Positions 36,501 to 51,500 of a DNA stretch of 64,000 bases are shown piece after piece. The DNA is taken from assembly GCA_040954595.2 (NCBI GenBank), contig CM082597.2, forward strand, positions 1,284,886-1,348,885, written 5' to 3'. The DNA comes from Balanoglossus misakiensis. Taxonomy: Eukaryota; Animalia; Hemichordata. Under the pieces are notes generated by a model. The model was not told the origin of the DNA, searched no databases, and saw nothing but the letters and a program-made list of their open reading frames with translations. Both the position numbers and the translations under genes were made by a program. Within the stretch, counting starts at the first letter, position 1, and the number at the start of each line of letters is the position of its first letter.

Positions 36501-39500
36501 AAGAAATTCATTGGAATCTATTTTAATGCTAAAATGAGTCAAAGCAAATAATATGGTAATGAGTTAAGACACACCCTTTTTTCTCATTCCTCACCTTGAA
36601 AAATAAGACTTGAACTTTGTAGGGGGGGGGGGGGGGCAAGAATTTATGGAAAGGGGTGAGGGGAACCCTGACAAGAAATTGAGGACATTCTGGTAATTTG
36701 TGGAGAAAAACATCCCATTTGCTTGTAAGCTCAATGATGGTGAAATGATGTCGGCAGCTAAGTGAAATTTTACGACATTGAGGTACCGATGATCGAACAA
36801 GGTATTTTCCAGATGGATCCTCCCGTAACCTTTCACAGATTTTTTCTCGGATTAATTTAGCACGAGCTGATAAGCATTTATTTCAGCTGAATTACTTTGA
36901 ATACCACTGATTGTGAGTAGCCTTACATTCAACAAGCTTTTGTTATATTCATTAAATACAACTAAAGCAACTGATATAATCAGACATGGGATATACACCC
37001 GCATTTTTCCCCCGATAGCTTTATGTATTAACACAGCTTGAGAATAACCCGGGAAATTACAGCAGCTATTCAAGCAAAGTGTTCTTGACATGTGATTACA
37101 TTTTTTCTTAAGTGTTCTGGCGGATGGGATATTCCTCTTAATTTATAAATGGATGGAACACAAAGACTAGTCATAAACCTGACTGTAAACAGTCCTGACT
37201 ATTTTCTGCCATGTTCCATCTGACCTTGGAATTTGCTAATTGTCTCGCTCACAAAACATTATACACCAGCTGTCTTGCCTACCATGCTGAATGCCATACC
37301 ATTTGCGAAATGGAAAACAACATCAAGTGTGTTCACCATCTTGTAAAAACGAAAAAAAAAAATATGTCCACACATTTTTCTACACACAACAGGAAATTTT
37401 ATAATAATGGAATTAATTCTAAATGGTGCACAGCAAGAAATTAATTTAATTGCAGCAGATTCAGCGATATAATGTCTGGCCAGCCGGTGATACTGCCAAC
37501 CATCTAAAAAGGTCACAAGAGTACCCTCATTGAAATTTTCAAAGTGTGGGACAAGAGCCACCTGTGGGTTTTACCCAATGTCCAAACATTAGTATTTTTG
37601 ATTAAGTTTGTTATTTTACACCTCAAGGCTCGAAGCTCTCAAATTCTATTTCAGCTTGGTATCCACATCACCAATCAAGTGAAGTGGGTATGTGATCTCT
37701 ACAACCCCTGCCAGCACACTGAATTCCTGACAACAGCTGCCCATAAATTGAACTCTGTTTTTCTTTGCGCATTACCCCGACCCCTGGTTGAACCGAATGT
37801 TACGCTGTTCTGCACGTCGACTCTTTTGCACTTTCTGGGCTTACACGATATAACATTCACTGCTAAGGAAAGAAAATCGCATCAGTGACACATCAAGATT
37901 CATTTTTCTCTCCAAACATGTACACAGTGTCTTTCCAAACTAAAGACAATTCAAATCACTTGCTTCACATTCTCGCGAGATGACATGTGACTGTTATATA
38001 TTCAGGTGTGAGTGCAATTACTATACTTTGCAATGGTCCACCTCACTTGCCCCCTGTAACTTGACACCCCCGCCTTTGCTAATGGGTGTTTGTTTCTAAT
38101 AATATATTCTAAGGTTTTGGGTGGGTCCACTTTGGAGGAAAGAGGGTGAAATGGGAGGGCAGTACTGTTGATACTTGCATAAGACATCAATAACATTGAT
38201 ATTTCCCATTGGTTGAAAATTGAAACTCAGAAGAACCTGGGGGATACAACACCACTGAAGATACACCCTTATCCCCTAGACTTGACTTGTAACATGTTGA
38301 TAGACATTTCACTGACGCAATACATGAATTATCAAATTTGATATTTGAAACTGAATCCTACAATGTCATGTAACACACACCACTTACTGATAAGCCTGTT
38401 AAAAATTAACATGTACTTATCATATTATCAGGGATAGTAAAATATGGATGTCATATTTTTAGACTGGGTCCGACACTGACCAGCATAACATCGATTCAAA
38501 TTTGAATACAGCTTGGCAGATGAATGAGATGGGGTTGTCACTAACGCGGACACATTTGCTGACACTGAGCAACGTTTCATGAACCCTACAGTGACAGGGC
38601 CTTGACACCGAAGTCACATGACATCAAGAGAATTTCCCACCAGACCGACAAGGTCACGCACGACGATTCGACATCTGAATCAGAATAGAATTGCTAATCA
38701 GGCTTGGCTAATCTGCTTTCAGAGCTGTAGAGAATGTTTGAACATGTACATGACCCCCCTTAATTAATGCAAGCGACACGTACAGTCTTCGAGAGAAACT
38801 TCTGCTATGGACATCAATGTTTGTTTGTTCTCTTTTGAAGATTTTCTACTTCTTTTGGAAAACTAACAATCATTCAACAGTTCTCAGAACCAGGGAAGTA
38901 AGCTATGCACAATGTACTTATTTAAAGAATAAGGAAAATAAACTATAGACAATTTCCTGCCCTGAGAGACAAAGGATCCGTCATTGTCATAATTTCCTGT
39001 AACAAAACCAGAATATCCTTTTCATTCTGGGAGTATATTTAGAACATGCTTCTGTATACACTAGCATATCCTGTTGTCTCAGTATCACTTGCAATATATA
39101 AATGTACATTCTACAAACCAGTTTCCTCAAATATGAAACCAGAAACCTATCAATGCTCCAACTTACAATGAAGTACAGCGAATGCACATGATGATAACAT
39201 TGTTATTAGTAAAATTATTAGTTATTTCTGGTGAGGGGAAGTAGACATCATGACATGGTCACCAGTTTTTAAAAGAAGACAAATCACCTCATTTACATAC
39301 GCCCATATAAGGTTTAAAAGGGCAATGTAGCATTCACATCCGACAAAGTCTTTCTCGATGTCTTCTCTGTTGCTAATTTAGACTCGGTTGACATCATTCC
39401 CAGTTTCCTTTCACCAACAAAATCCTCTGTAAATTTCCTGAGTTGACCGGGGCATGTGACTGTGACATAAATTGTCTGATTTCTATTTCTGAAATCTTCT

Positions 39501-42500
39501 GAAGGATTGACTAACTTTCCTCTCCACTTTTTCCCATAAATAGAGACTGGCAGGGAGCCAACCAGATGATTGGTCTATTACTTGACCTCCAATGCCCTAA
39601 GTACTCTCTTTATTATTTCTCTAAATACTCTCGATAAACCACCACCACCAACACTGAACTGGAAGGATATTAACGTCTACGCCTGGTATAAAAGATACAC
39701 TGTATGGCTCTTGATAAAGTTGCCTAAACTGAAAATGCTACGTGATGGTTTGAATTCACATGTTTGGAGCATAAAAACCTCTTTGTGTCAGTTAATGCAC
39801 CAACATGCCTGAACTCAAGCCTACAATGGTTACAATGCATTCCTATTGACTGCAGGTCACTGCCTGACAATTCATGTCATATGTTTGAAACCTAAAGGAC
39901 TCCTATCTAACAATTATACGAGACCACATGAGCAAGATTGTATAAAATGTCATCATTATACTGTGATTTAGACATAATTTTGTGTTTAGAAGGCATGATA
40001 GAGCGACATGTATGCGAATATTGTATGAATGTAACTCATGATTTGTCTTGTACATTCGGACTAACGATCAACCACTTTGTGTCCACAAGATCTTCAAGAT
40101 GCAGCAGACTTTTTTGGCCTCTGGTGATTGCAGTCTTGGCTGCGAGAGATGAAATGCCTCGTTGTAATTGCTTCGAGGTGACGACAACATGGTCGATGAA
40201 AACCAAACGCCATCTGCTCCCATCAATTACGTCCAAAGCAAATAGCAATATTTAATCCTTCAGTTTAGATGCACGAAGATCAATTTATGATAGGACACCA
40301 CTGATGCTAAAGTTCATTGAACTCTTAATGACCCTTAACACATTGCCATTAGACATTGTTAGCAAATTCTTTCAGAAGGAATTAGACTGTGTGCTAATTC
40401 ACAAATATTTTCCAAACACACACTTATACTTTCTCAAAAAGGCAATATATTGATAAACATGACACTTATTAATTTCTGCTGATATTAACCTGAGAATATA
40501 TTTATTAAAACAACTATATTTATGAATTTTTGTTAATGTAAATATAATCCATATACATATATATCTCTAGACAGTATATTGCCACAAATTGCAACACCCC
40601 TATTTATCCTCTGTTGGTGACCTCTGAACATGATGACCTTTGACCTAGCCTGGGCAAGGCGTGCATGATCCAACTACCAAAGCGATGATCACATATACAT
40701 GTAACAAATGTTTGATCCTATAATTTATACATCAGATGATATATGACCACTGTCGGTAGTCAATCCATAGAACTTTATACACATGCCACGCATTTCTGAA
40801 AATTACACCCAGCTAAGATCTGATACTTCGGACTTTTGCAGTGTTTTTCTTAAGGGTGGTACCCATCACCATAGTCTGGTCCAAATCCACTGCTTTGAAT
40901 GGTAAAGTTGGACCTCTACAGAGGGAACTGGGGGTGAAAGGGTTAAAGACAGATGGCTAAGAAACAGCATATAATGAGACATGCCCTCAAAACAACCCAC
41001 TGAGATAATCACGGTCGATACTGCAGACTGTTCTCAGTGTCCCATTATCCAATCTGTGACTTCGTGTGCATACTAAAACCTACTGTGAGCTGATCCTCGT
41101 TTTCCAGTAAACCTTATTTTCTCGTATTGTGTGGGAGAGACAGTGTGACTGACAGCCCTTCTCCTAAATCTAAGAAGTTATCTTGCATTCTCTTGATTGG
41201 AAACACCAGCGATTGCTAGTCGAGAAATAGAATCCAGGTCTGTTTTTTCGCTATGCTGCGAAAAACCACACTGGTCTGGATTCTAGACTAGCAAATTATA
41301 AGCATTCTCCTTCTGAGAGGGAAGAAAATGCAAGACAGATCTCAAATGCTCTACTTGTGCCACATGCAGTTTTTCCATTTGAAAATGACAGACCTGTTCT
41401 CATTCCCCCCATGGTGCTGTAAATATTATCTCCCCTGAAGGCAGAATTGTTATCAGTCAGACCACAAACTGGCTGTCCAGTATAAACCTGTTGCACTGAA
41501 CTAAAGCCCATAATACCCTAACACTAGTCTGCACAAACAGTTCTCGACAGACATCTGTGTAGGCGTGTTCCATTTCATCCGACATTCAATACTCAAGATT
41601 CTGAAATGACTTCACAGCAAGACTGCATTCCTCGCAGGAACTCAGAAAACCACCACATAATACACAACGACCACAAACTTTCATTTACCACGACTGATGG
41701 TTTTTATTCAAGTAGGCAGAGAAAAAGGATGGCTGGATCTACTATATTTTATGTGTTTTTGTTTATGTCTACGTATATTTTAAGACATGACATCATGTCC
41801 TTGTCCGGTTCACTCATGTCCTTGTGAGTTCAGTTTATTAGATTCAAACATCGAAATGAACTTATACAGGGACTACTTCAAAACATGGCTTACGGCAATT
41901 GGGTTATATTTTCACACAAACACGACAATCACTATAAGACCAGGGGCTGGGTGATCTGAAAATGATTTGTGTGCCCCTGATGTGAACTCAGTCTTTATCA
42001 AGACTGAGTCTGTTTCTCTCTCACACAGCCATATTCATCCATAGGCGGGAAATTCACAATTGCCCTGCAGGCATTCTGGGGGTATGTTCTCAAAGACACT
42101 GGCGCGAAAGAATTTATTTGCCAAATACAGTACACAATGAAGGCTTTTGTGATGTGGCCTTTGGTGTTAGTTAGAGAAAAGGCTTCGTACACCCACGTCT
42201 TCTTGATGGCCGTCCAAGTTTGGGTCAATGAGAACTTTGCTAGAAGTTTGTCTGAATGCACATTATCAGCAGTGCATGTCTAGATACAGGGAACATTTTT
42301 AATAATAACCCCATGTAATTCCCGCGCTAACTACCATATAAAATTACAATGACCAACACTGAAATCTGTAATGACTGGTTTTAGATTTCATTGGTTGGTT
42401 TGAGTGACAGGGTCACAGTCTAACCGTTTTAAAAGTTTGGTTATTGGGATTGGCAGCTAACATCCTATCTGGATAAGGATCAGTGCAAGGCATGCATGAT

Positions 42501-45500
42501 GGCGGCGAACTACACAACCAAAATATTGACTTTGGTTTACTTTTACATGTACTTGTTAACAGCATTTAAGAAGTAGCAACCTTGTTGAAAGAGGGCTGTG
42601 ATTAAGAGTGACCATCAGATTCTCATAGCCTAGGGTCTCGTCTGTCCTTACATGGCATTGCCAATAGTTGGGGTTCAGCCAACGAAAAGACAAACTTGAT
42701 ACCAGGAAAGATCACTAATGGAACATATAATTATTTGCTTGACTAATCTGTATCTTGCGAGATTTCTTACCTAACCAGGTGTTGAAGGTGACTTGCAAGA
42801 CATTGTTATCTGACAAGTGAAGATGGCCATGGCTGCTATAGTAACAGTCTAGCCAACATACGACAACCCTGAAAATTCTGAATCAGCCCAACTGCTTTCA
42901 TCAATCATGATGTCCCAAGAAGTTCATGAAAAAAGGCTTGGGCAAATTCTATCCCCATTCTGACCACGTTTTTGTATCTTTTTGGAAGCGGGCAGACAAA
43001 AAGTAAACATGAAAACCCCTGAGACTTGCCACCCCTATTCACTACAATCATTTGGTCTAGTCCCATTGTTTCACACAGTGTTGCTATGTACCCAAATGCA
43101 GAATAGGGGTGACAGGTCATTTGTTTGCTAGTTTCACAAACAATCACGATACAAACTTATTTCTTACAAGCACACAGTAAGTTGTCCACCCACACTGTGC
43201 CCCAAAAGCCTAATGACTTCATGGTACTGTCTAGCCTATGAAAAGAAAGTTCTTGTATAAACACCAAACTGGTAATATCCTCCCAGAACCTGCATGTCCA
43301 GACAGTCCAGTCTGTCTATATAAAGTCTACATCTGATGGGCCCTGATAGCAGAAATACCAGGGTCACACACACCAACAAGCAATGCTGGTTGAAAACATC
43401 CTACTGGATCAAAGTATGAGCTATTCCCCGAGTTCCTGTCTGTCTGGGAACTGATAAACTAGGCCACTTTCAAATGATCCCAGACACCCTCTAATCTAAA
43501 ATCTACAAATCCGGTGATCCAATATTCTACATCCACGGCTCAGACTGATAAATGATCACACACTGAGTTGGCCGACACCCACGAACACACAGACACAGCA
43601 AATTGCATCACGACAGCCATTTTCTTTTTACACACAGGCATAACTTGACGAGTGATGGACTAAGAAACAAAGGTTACGTACTACCAGACCCTTAGGGTGA
43701 TTTTTACCTTGTTAGACTGCCCATTGTCTCACAGAACAAAGGTTCAACCTCTCTAGAAACAAAGGAACTACCTATTTGTACAAGTATTGGACCCTAAGGG
43801 GGCAATTTATTACCTGGTATTAGTCTGGAATGGCAATTGTTTTTTTACAAGGCTAGGGAAGAAGGAGGGGAGATATTTGGCTATAAACTATGACAAGGGC
43901 TTCTACCTGTACATCTTGTACATGCTTTAGTCTGGCAATGACTTAATATGTATGTGTGTGTGAACACAGACCAATTTTAACTCGGAGAGAGGATTATTCT
44001 AGCCATGGGCAGGTTCTTGTACATGCAATGACTAGCACCTGTTCTGAACAACATTCAAGTAAGATTGCCACACTTTGTACCTTGAAGAAAAACATCCTGA
44101 ATGGTTGATTTTATCTGGGACTTACACACAGAAGCAGTCATTTCAATGGCCTTTCCTGTTCAACTACTGGCTCCGAGCTGATAATGCCATCATGCCTTAT
44201 CGTACAAACATCAGCAGTACGAACACTGGTGATGTGATCGAGTAGTCTGATAGTACCTGCTCACCAATCATGCACCAGGGTGTCTTGGTAAAAACAGGTT
44301 AGATATCTCAACATAAAGTAATACATTATTTTGGTGTCCAAGGCTTTCTAATGACGCCATTATCAAGCTTTCCCATACCATGTGAAACAAGTATTTTAAG
44401 GCGTAATAAATTTTTCTGTTTTGTAGTGAAAATGTGTAGTATGTTGAATTTTAATTTATGAGATAGTCAATGAGTGTGAATTATTTTGCAGTTTTATTTT
44501 TAACTTTGACATTAGACATGTAATACGATAGAATATTTCACTATTATACCTGAAACAGGACTAACAATGAACATTCAATACCTCTATTCTGTAAAATTTA
44601 ATACTATTAATGGATGCAAAAGCCCTCAAGCAAGTTTCATCAATTTAAACATTTCAAAATGAATTGACTCATGTTTCAAGCCATAATCAGCTATAAAAAC
44701 AATGGCTGACCTCACCAATAAATTGATGATATGCCCTAAGGCTCCTCACGACCAGACAAGCATTCACTTGGATAAAATTAAGTTTTAATTTTTTATTGTG
44801 CAGGATATGAAATACCTTTTTCTAATAAGGAATTCTGACTGTTCAAATATTTGTCCAAGGTGTGAAATTTTCTTAAGAATTCTGTTCGTCATATATTGTG
44901 GCATTTTACACCTAATTGAGGAACAATTTCGGAGATTTTGAAACCTATTATGTAATCTGAGAAGTGATCAAATGGTGATAGATTTCAGGTTGACATGAGA
45001 AGCTTTCATGAGCCCTGTTTAAAAACAGGTAATTTTTTTGTTAGATTAAGTATGGCTGAGTGATGAAGCCTTGAAATGATTCACTGAACTGTGTCCTTTT
45101 CATGAGATAATGATGTCAGAATGTGATGGGGCACCAGGGAATCTGTCGCTTGAAAAAGGGTGTTTCTAATATGTCTATCAAGTTCAAGTCCAATCTGTGA
45201 ATTCTAGAACCGAGGCCTTACATTCTTGGAAGGACCCTGACCAGTCAAGCTCTGAATTACAAGTAATTGTGAGGTTCTTCACATCCCTGCTTCAAATTCT
45301 ACGCATTCGCAATTTTTTCTTGCGAAACGATTATGTCTACTAGGATGCAAATGAAACTATTTTATTATCAAATGACATCCTCTGCAAATCTGTTCTTGAT
45401 AACGTTGGGGAACAGAGTAAATAATTCTGATAATCGTTCTGCTGTCAATCATTATAACTGCACTGATATATGAAGAGGAACTTTGGTGAAAATAACTGGG

Positions 45501-48500
45501 AAACCTTTTAATATTGATCTAATATTTTGGTATTGACACTGGCTGAAAAGTCAATGCTGTTTTGATATTACCTGGCTATAAAAATACACCGTTTTCAGAA
45601 AATGTGTTAAAACACTAAACAGTACTCAAGGATTCTTAGGTTTCTATGGATACATTCGCCATGGCAATAAAAACAGGTGCTTTATCTGCATGCTAATGTT
45701 ACCTATCTAAGCAGAGTTTGCCATGGAGATGGGATTGAGCAAATTTACAAACACAGCCTCTTCAATAAGTAGACTAGTCGCTTGTGCACGTCTGAGAGGG
45801 AGATGTCAAGTACTTATGTCAGACCCAGAGATACCACTGTGGTAACTATGCACTTAGGAAAAGCTATACACAGATAACGATGAAGGGGTAGCCATTTTTT
45901 ATCTTGACATATTTCACCCTATAAAGTAAATTTTGGAAAGTTCAATGGCGATTTTATCAGGACAGATGGGTTGAGCGACGCAAGCAGGCTTTCGTTCGGA
46001 GAACAGATTATCTGTCTGCCCATACTCTTTCATCACAAGAAACTGTAAAAGCCACTTCCAGTCAATTTTCCCTCTTTTCCCACGAAGCACTTGAACATGC
46101 CCTGTTAGACATCCCTCATCAGTTCTGATTCAACGTAAAACAATTACCAATTCCTCGTTTACTCCCCCTGGGGGTCCAGACACAAAATTACACGATAAAA
46201 TCACACTGGACAATTTTGTGCATAAATAGATTGGAAAACCAGGTTGAGAACAGGTTTACTATTGTCTCGTGGAAGCCCCCTTCTAAGGTCAACCGTCAAA
46301 CAGCACATCTATTGTCTGGAGAAAACAACAGCTACAGTGTACAGTGAAATCATGGATGTCCGTAATGAAATCTACAACCATATATGTACATTTCTGCTTC
46401 CAGTGAACACAGGGTCTCTTTTATCCGAGAGGAACAGATTAAAATTTGGCCTAGTTTCATTTTTGTGTTATAACGAAACTTAACTGACCATGTAAATGTT
46501 TCTGACAATTCAATACACAGGAACTCTAACAAAAGGACCTTCTGAAAAAAAGTTCAGTGACTCATTGGGGACCATACACCATCTATGGAATCAGTTGGCT
46601 GGGGCATGTGGGTGGAGGTTCCTGGTGAAATTCTCTGAGTGGGTGATAGCAATTGGTGCTGGTAACAGGGACCATGAAACATACAGCTCTCTTGGGACAT
46701 AACCTAGAAACAGAGGGCACTGCTGCAATACAGCATTGATATTCAACAAATGGCCTCCATGCAATACATCAGCGATCTCCAGACAAAACACAAATCCATA
46801 CAGAATTTCAATGCCCTTCTCCAGGCAACAGCCATCAATTGCTGAGTATGTCTCTACACTTATTTTTAACTGACCGAGAATTTGCTCGAAGCTTGTGGAC
46901 CCACACAAACGTGCAATGATCGTCAAAACCTTTATGAAGCCATGACATCTACGTGAACTGGTAATTACCCAAGAGGCCTTCAACTTGTCAATAATTGAGC
47001 TCTGTCGCTTCACGTCACCGTAGTGAATGACTATGTCTGTTTCGCACCAGGATTAACTCTTTTCTCGGTCTCGTCCTTATTTCAAAGCAGTCGTTATTCA
47101 AAGCGGTAGACTAATCTTATGAACAAGTAAGGATGCTGGAACAAAAGAATATTTCCTGTGCCAGTTAACGAACAAACAATGAAGTCCACAAAACCGCTCA
47201 GAAAATACCCATGACATTATCAACAGGGAGTTGACATTCCTCTGTCTCTGGTCTGTCATGGACTAATCTGTGAAGGCATTAGGGATATGTCACCGATTGA
47301 ATTAAAATATAATCACGCAAATGCTATGGTAAATAATATTGTATGTGTCTCGGCCTCGAATATGACCTACTGATTGCTCAAGTATTCCTTGGGATTGAAT
47401 GGATTACAGGATATTAAAATCTGCGGAGTATAGCTGATGATCTTTTAATATACCTGGGGACATAAGAAAGAAAACAGCTCCGAAATTCAGAAACAAACAT
47501 CAGTGACAGGTTACAAGCTGCGGGAGATCTATAATACTATTGCAAACATGTGGAATCAAGGGTGCATATTTCAAATGCTGGGAAACTGGAATTATTCCTG
47601 CTGGGAGAGGTGTCTGGATATTCCTAGTCGCTGGAGACTTGCTGGATCTCTGACCTACTTCGAAACACTCATTTTACTCCCCCAAGTGATTTTCAGAACT
47701 TATCTACCACTCAGATTAGTTTTTGATCCGCTGTTTGTATGCACGGTAAAAATTATAAGAGTTTTCCTTCACCTCAATGAACTGTCAACAAGCATAAATA
47801 ATACCTCATAAACAGTTTAACAGTTTTCCTGTTATTTACACCATTTTGATCAGGTAAACAAGTTGCCCTTGACAAACCAAAGTGGTGACTCATTTGTTTT
47901 TGTCCACATAACTCTCTAATGACCCTAAGTAACTCTGCGCACATTTGCATACAATAGCTATGATGTCTAATTGCCAGATTACATCCAATTGTTAGTAAAG
48001 AAACTATAGAATCACAGTATGCACAATTTTCGTATATTTCTTTATTTACTGCAAACAGTAATGAAGGTGATGTTCATTCTAAAACTAACATCTACACTTT
48101 ATGTTCATGTAGATTGCATTGAGTCACTTTCAAGACCTACAGGCTACAGAATTCCATGAAACCTTGTCAAAAACAGATAAATAACACCAGTGTAAATATT
48201 TAACAAGGAAGTTCTTATTTTTCTCTCTGTTTGGAGGTCGCCAAATATTTGCTTGGGTAGTTTCATGGCCGGATTTGATAGACTTCATGTCAAAACTATT
48301 TATGGCCAACTGGCATTTGAAATCTCACCCACAGTCCAGTCTTGGACAATAAAAAACTTGAGAGCAATTTAAGGGTCACCTTGAAGAGCCACACACCTAT
48401 TTGTTCCGCACATTTCATGGTCAAATCTGATTAACTGTATTCGTGCAACGGAACAATTCACGCAAGTATTTTAAAAATGCTCTGCTGTAATCAAACAGCA

Positions 48501-51500
48501 ATGAACATGCATTTAAAAATCAACATGTTTAAGGCCATATACAAAATCATTTCTATTATTTAATGATTTCAATACATCGTATAAATATTTCTGCAAGTCA
48601 CAAATTCTGTTAATTTTACCCAGGTTACATTTTGGTCACATGGTACGTCCACGCCCACACTGACTAGTCACTGTGCATTTCGTTACAAGAGGCCCCCTAA
48701 CTCACTGACAATACAAGCTACTTACTCTGAACAGCTGGTGACAGACACTGAAAACCCGTGTCTTTATGAAGACATAGTGAAGAGACTTTTTGAATAAATA
48801 TAACATCATTTGCATCAGTGAGTCCTTTGAATGGAAAACTTGCAACAGCATGGAAGGTTTCCATATAAGAAACTCACAGACAGGGACCATATTGAACTGC
48901 TTCGGCGAGCCTTTGTAAAGCAGAAAACCACACCCAACTTATAATTGCAATGTCTGACATGTGGCTAGTGCCATGTGGCAGAGACTTGTACTTGTGATAA
49001 CAAGGTCACCTGACAAACTATGCAGTCACTCTTACATCTAATTTACACATACATAGGTTAAAGAGGCACGACTCTACGTCTTCGAATGATAGCGTGGTGG
49101 TGTGCTTTTTTGCGTGGCTAACCAAGTGAAAATCTGAAACGACACAGGATGCCATTCGAGACACCACAGAAACTAAACCTTTTCATAACAATTATACTTC
49201 CCAAATCAGTTTCTATGCTGCCTATAGATAACATTCTCACAAGAGCAGTGAAAAAAAAAATCATATTACCGAAATAAAAATGAAAGAGTTTCTATTTGAC
49301 AAAATAGTTTCGATCACTATTCTTTCAATTTGATCATAGGCAATATATGCATCGCGTTTTCTTGTTCTATTCCCAACAACATTCTGACCTATTTCAAGGC
49401 ATTTTTGCTGAGTGGTACTTTATCGAGCGAACCTTCGTGCATAGGTTTATAATTAAGTTACATAAGTAATAAGCCACAAAATTATGCCAGTCAAGCCTTT
49501 TCACTTTCCAAAACACTTGTTAATCACATTTGCATGTTAAGCACAAGAAACAAAAGACTCAATCTGAAATAGCTTTCAACTTGTAATCTGGCTTAGGTTG
49601 CATTTAAATAAGCCCAGACCAGTAATATCTTAAAACTTCAAAGAAAGAATCTTGCATTCAAATCTAACAACCACTTTCAATGATGCTGTTTCACTTTCAA
49701 CTTTTTACTTAAAATTTATGATCTGGAAAGGCAATCTTACACAGATTGTCTTTTCAAACATTCAGGTGATCAAGGCAAGCTTTCGCAGATTTCATTGTCT
49801 TTTGAGTATTTCCCATCAACCCCTTGGCCTTATGAATGACAGAGAACAAAGACTGCTAATTATCACTGATTTGGCCAATTATTTTTTTGGTACCTTGCTG
49901 TGAAAGTTTATAAAGTAACCCTTAAGACCATTATCACCTCGACCAACTATGAAAGATATACCAGATGAACAAAAGAAATGGTATGCATATTTCAAGTAGC
50001 CCGCATGACTGAAATCAGTATCTTCCGCAATTTTGAGTGTCTCTACTCAATTCTGCCAAAAATCCTCTTCAAAAACCAGGTTCTGAATGCATTAAGAACC
50101 TACCTGCTCAAACTCGAAGATGCCTTGGTTTTCGTCTATTTCTCCTCAAACATAATTTTCAGACGTTACCGAGAATAGACTCATAAAGGCTGCTAAACTG
50201 CTACCAGCAACTTGATGACCAATGTCTACTCTTGACCAATGATGAATATTCAGGCCAAATTGATTGGTCAAGTCTACCTGGACATCAGTGAACAGTAACG
50301 GCGGCCTTTATAAATCCTTTCTCAACAAAGTCTGAAAATTATCTTAGATTACGAGAAAAGACAAATGCACTAGAACCTGGTCTTTGAAGATAACTTTGGC
50401 AGAATTAAAGATTGTACGGGTGCTCATGCATTTCTTGGGTTCATCATAACACAGACCCCAGCCACTCCCCAACACAAACAGCCAAGGGAATGACAGGGCT
50501 AGTGCAGTATATGCAAAACTACAAGTCATGTTATCACCATGATTTTATGGACTAATAAAAACTTTAACTAACAGTATTCTCTATAAGCATATTGAGTAAT
50601 TAATGGCTTGGAGGTTAAAGGGAGAAAGACTTGGACATGTGTATCATATTATTCATGTATTTATAGACGATATTATAATTCGGCATCCGGTAACACTACA
50701 CAACGCTGCTATTTTTATTGCTTATGCGGCCAACTTCTGAATGCTGCATATTTGATGAGCTGTTTAATGCATGCATTTTCTGTTCGAGTTGCAGAAGGGG
50801 ACATCTGTCACTACGTGTGATCAATCGTTCTTGATTCTCTCTCCCTCGACGATTTCTAGACAACTGAAAAAACATGACATACAAACATCTAACACAGAGA
50901 TGAGGGGAAAACCATCTCATGTCAACAAAATATCAATCATGGCCAATAGAATGAAAAGCAAGAAAACTATTCTTGATGGATCTATATCTCTTTTAAAAAT
51001 ATTTTTCCATTTGTTATTTGATCTGGTTCATGTTTGAAAGAGCCAGATCAGTTATCCTGATCTAAGAAATGATAAATGGTAAAGTACTGAGAAAGACATT
51101 GCAGTTTTTCCCCTGGTATGATTGTCATTTGTCTGTGATTGCTTGAAGTTCTAGTCTTTGGTAGGAATAGACATGTGTAACAAAGACTATCATAAAATCA
51201 ATAGGGTTATCTTCAATGATGTCATACCATTGGCAGGAAAGGACATCATGAGGCTTGACTCTGATGATGTATGGATACCACAAACAATTGTTATAAACCA
51301 GTAATACAGAGCAAAGCTAGGTCAAATCAGTCGCAATTAGATTCAAAGGAATTCCAATTAAACTGTAATAAGATGAATGACCTTTGACTGGCTAACTTAA
51401 AGAATCACAGACAGACAACAAACCCTCAGGCTATGCCCTTTCATGAGTACGGTCAAATTCATTTGAAGGAACTGTATCGCAAAGTTTCTTCAAATGTACT

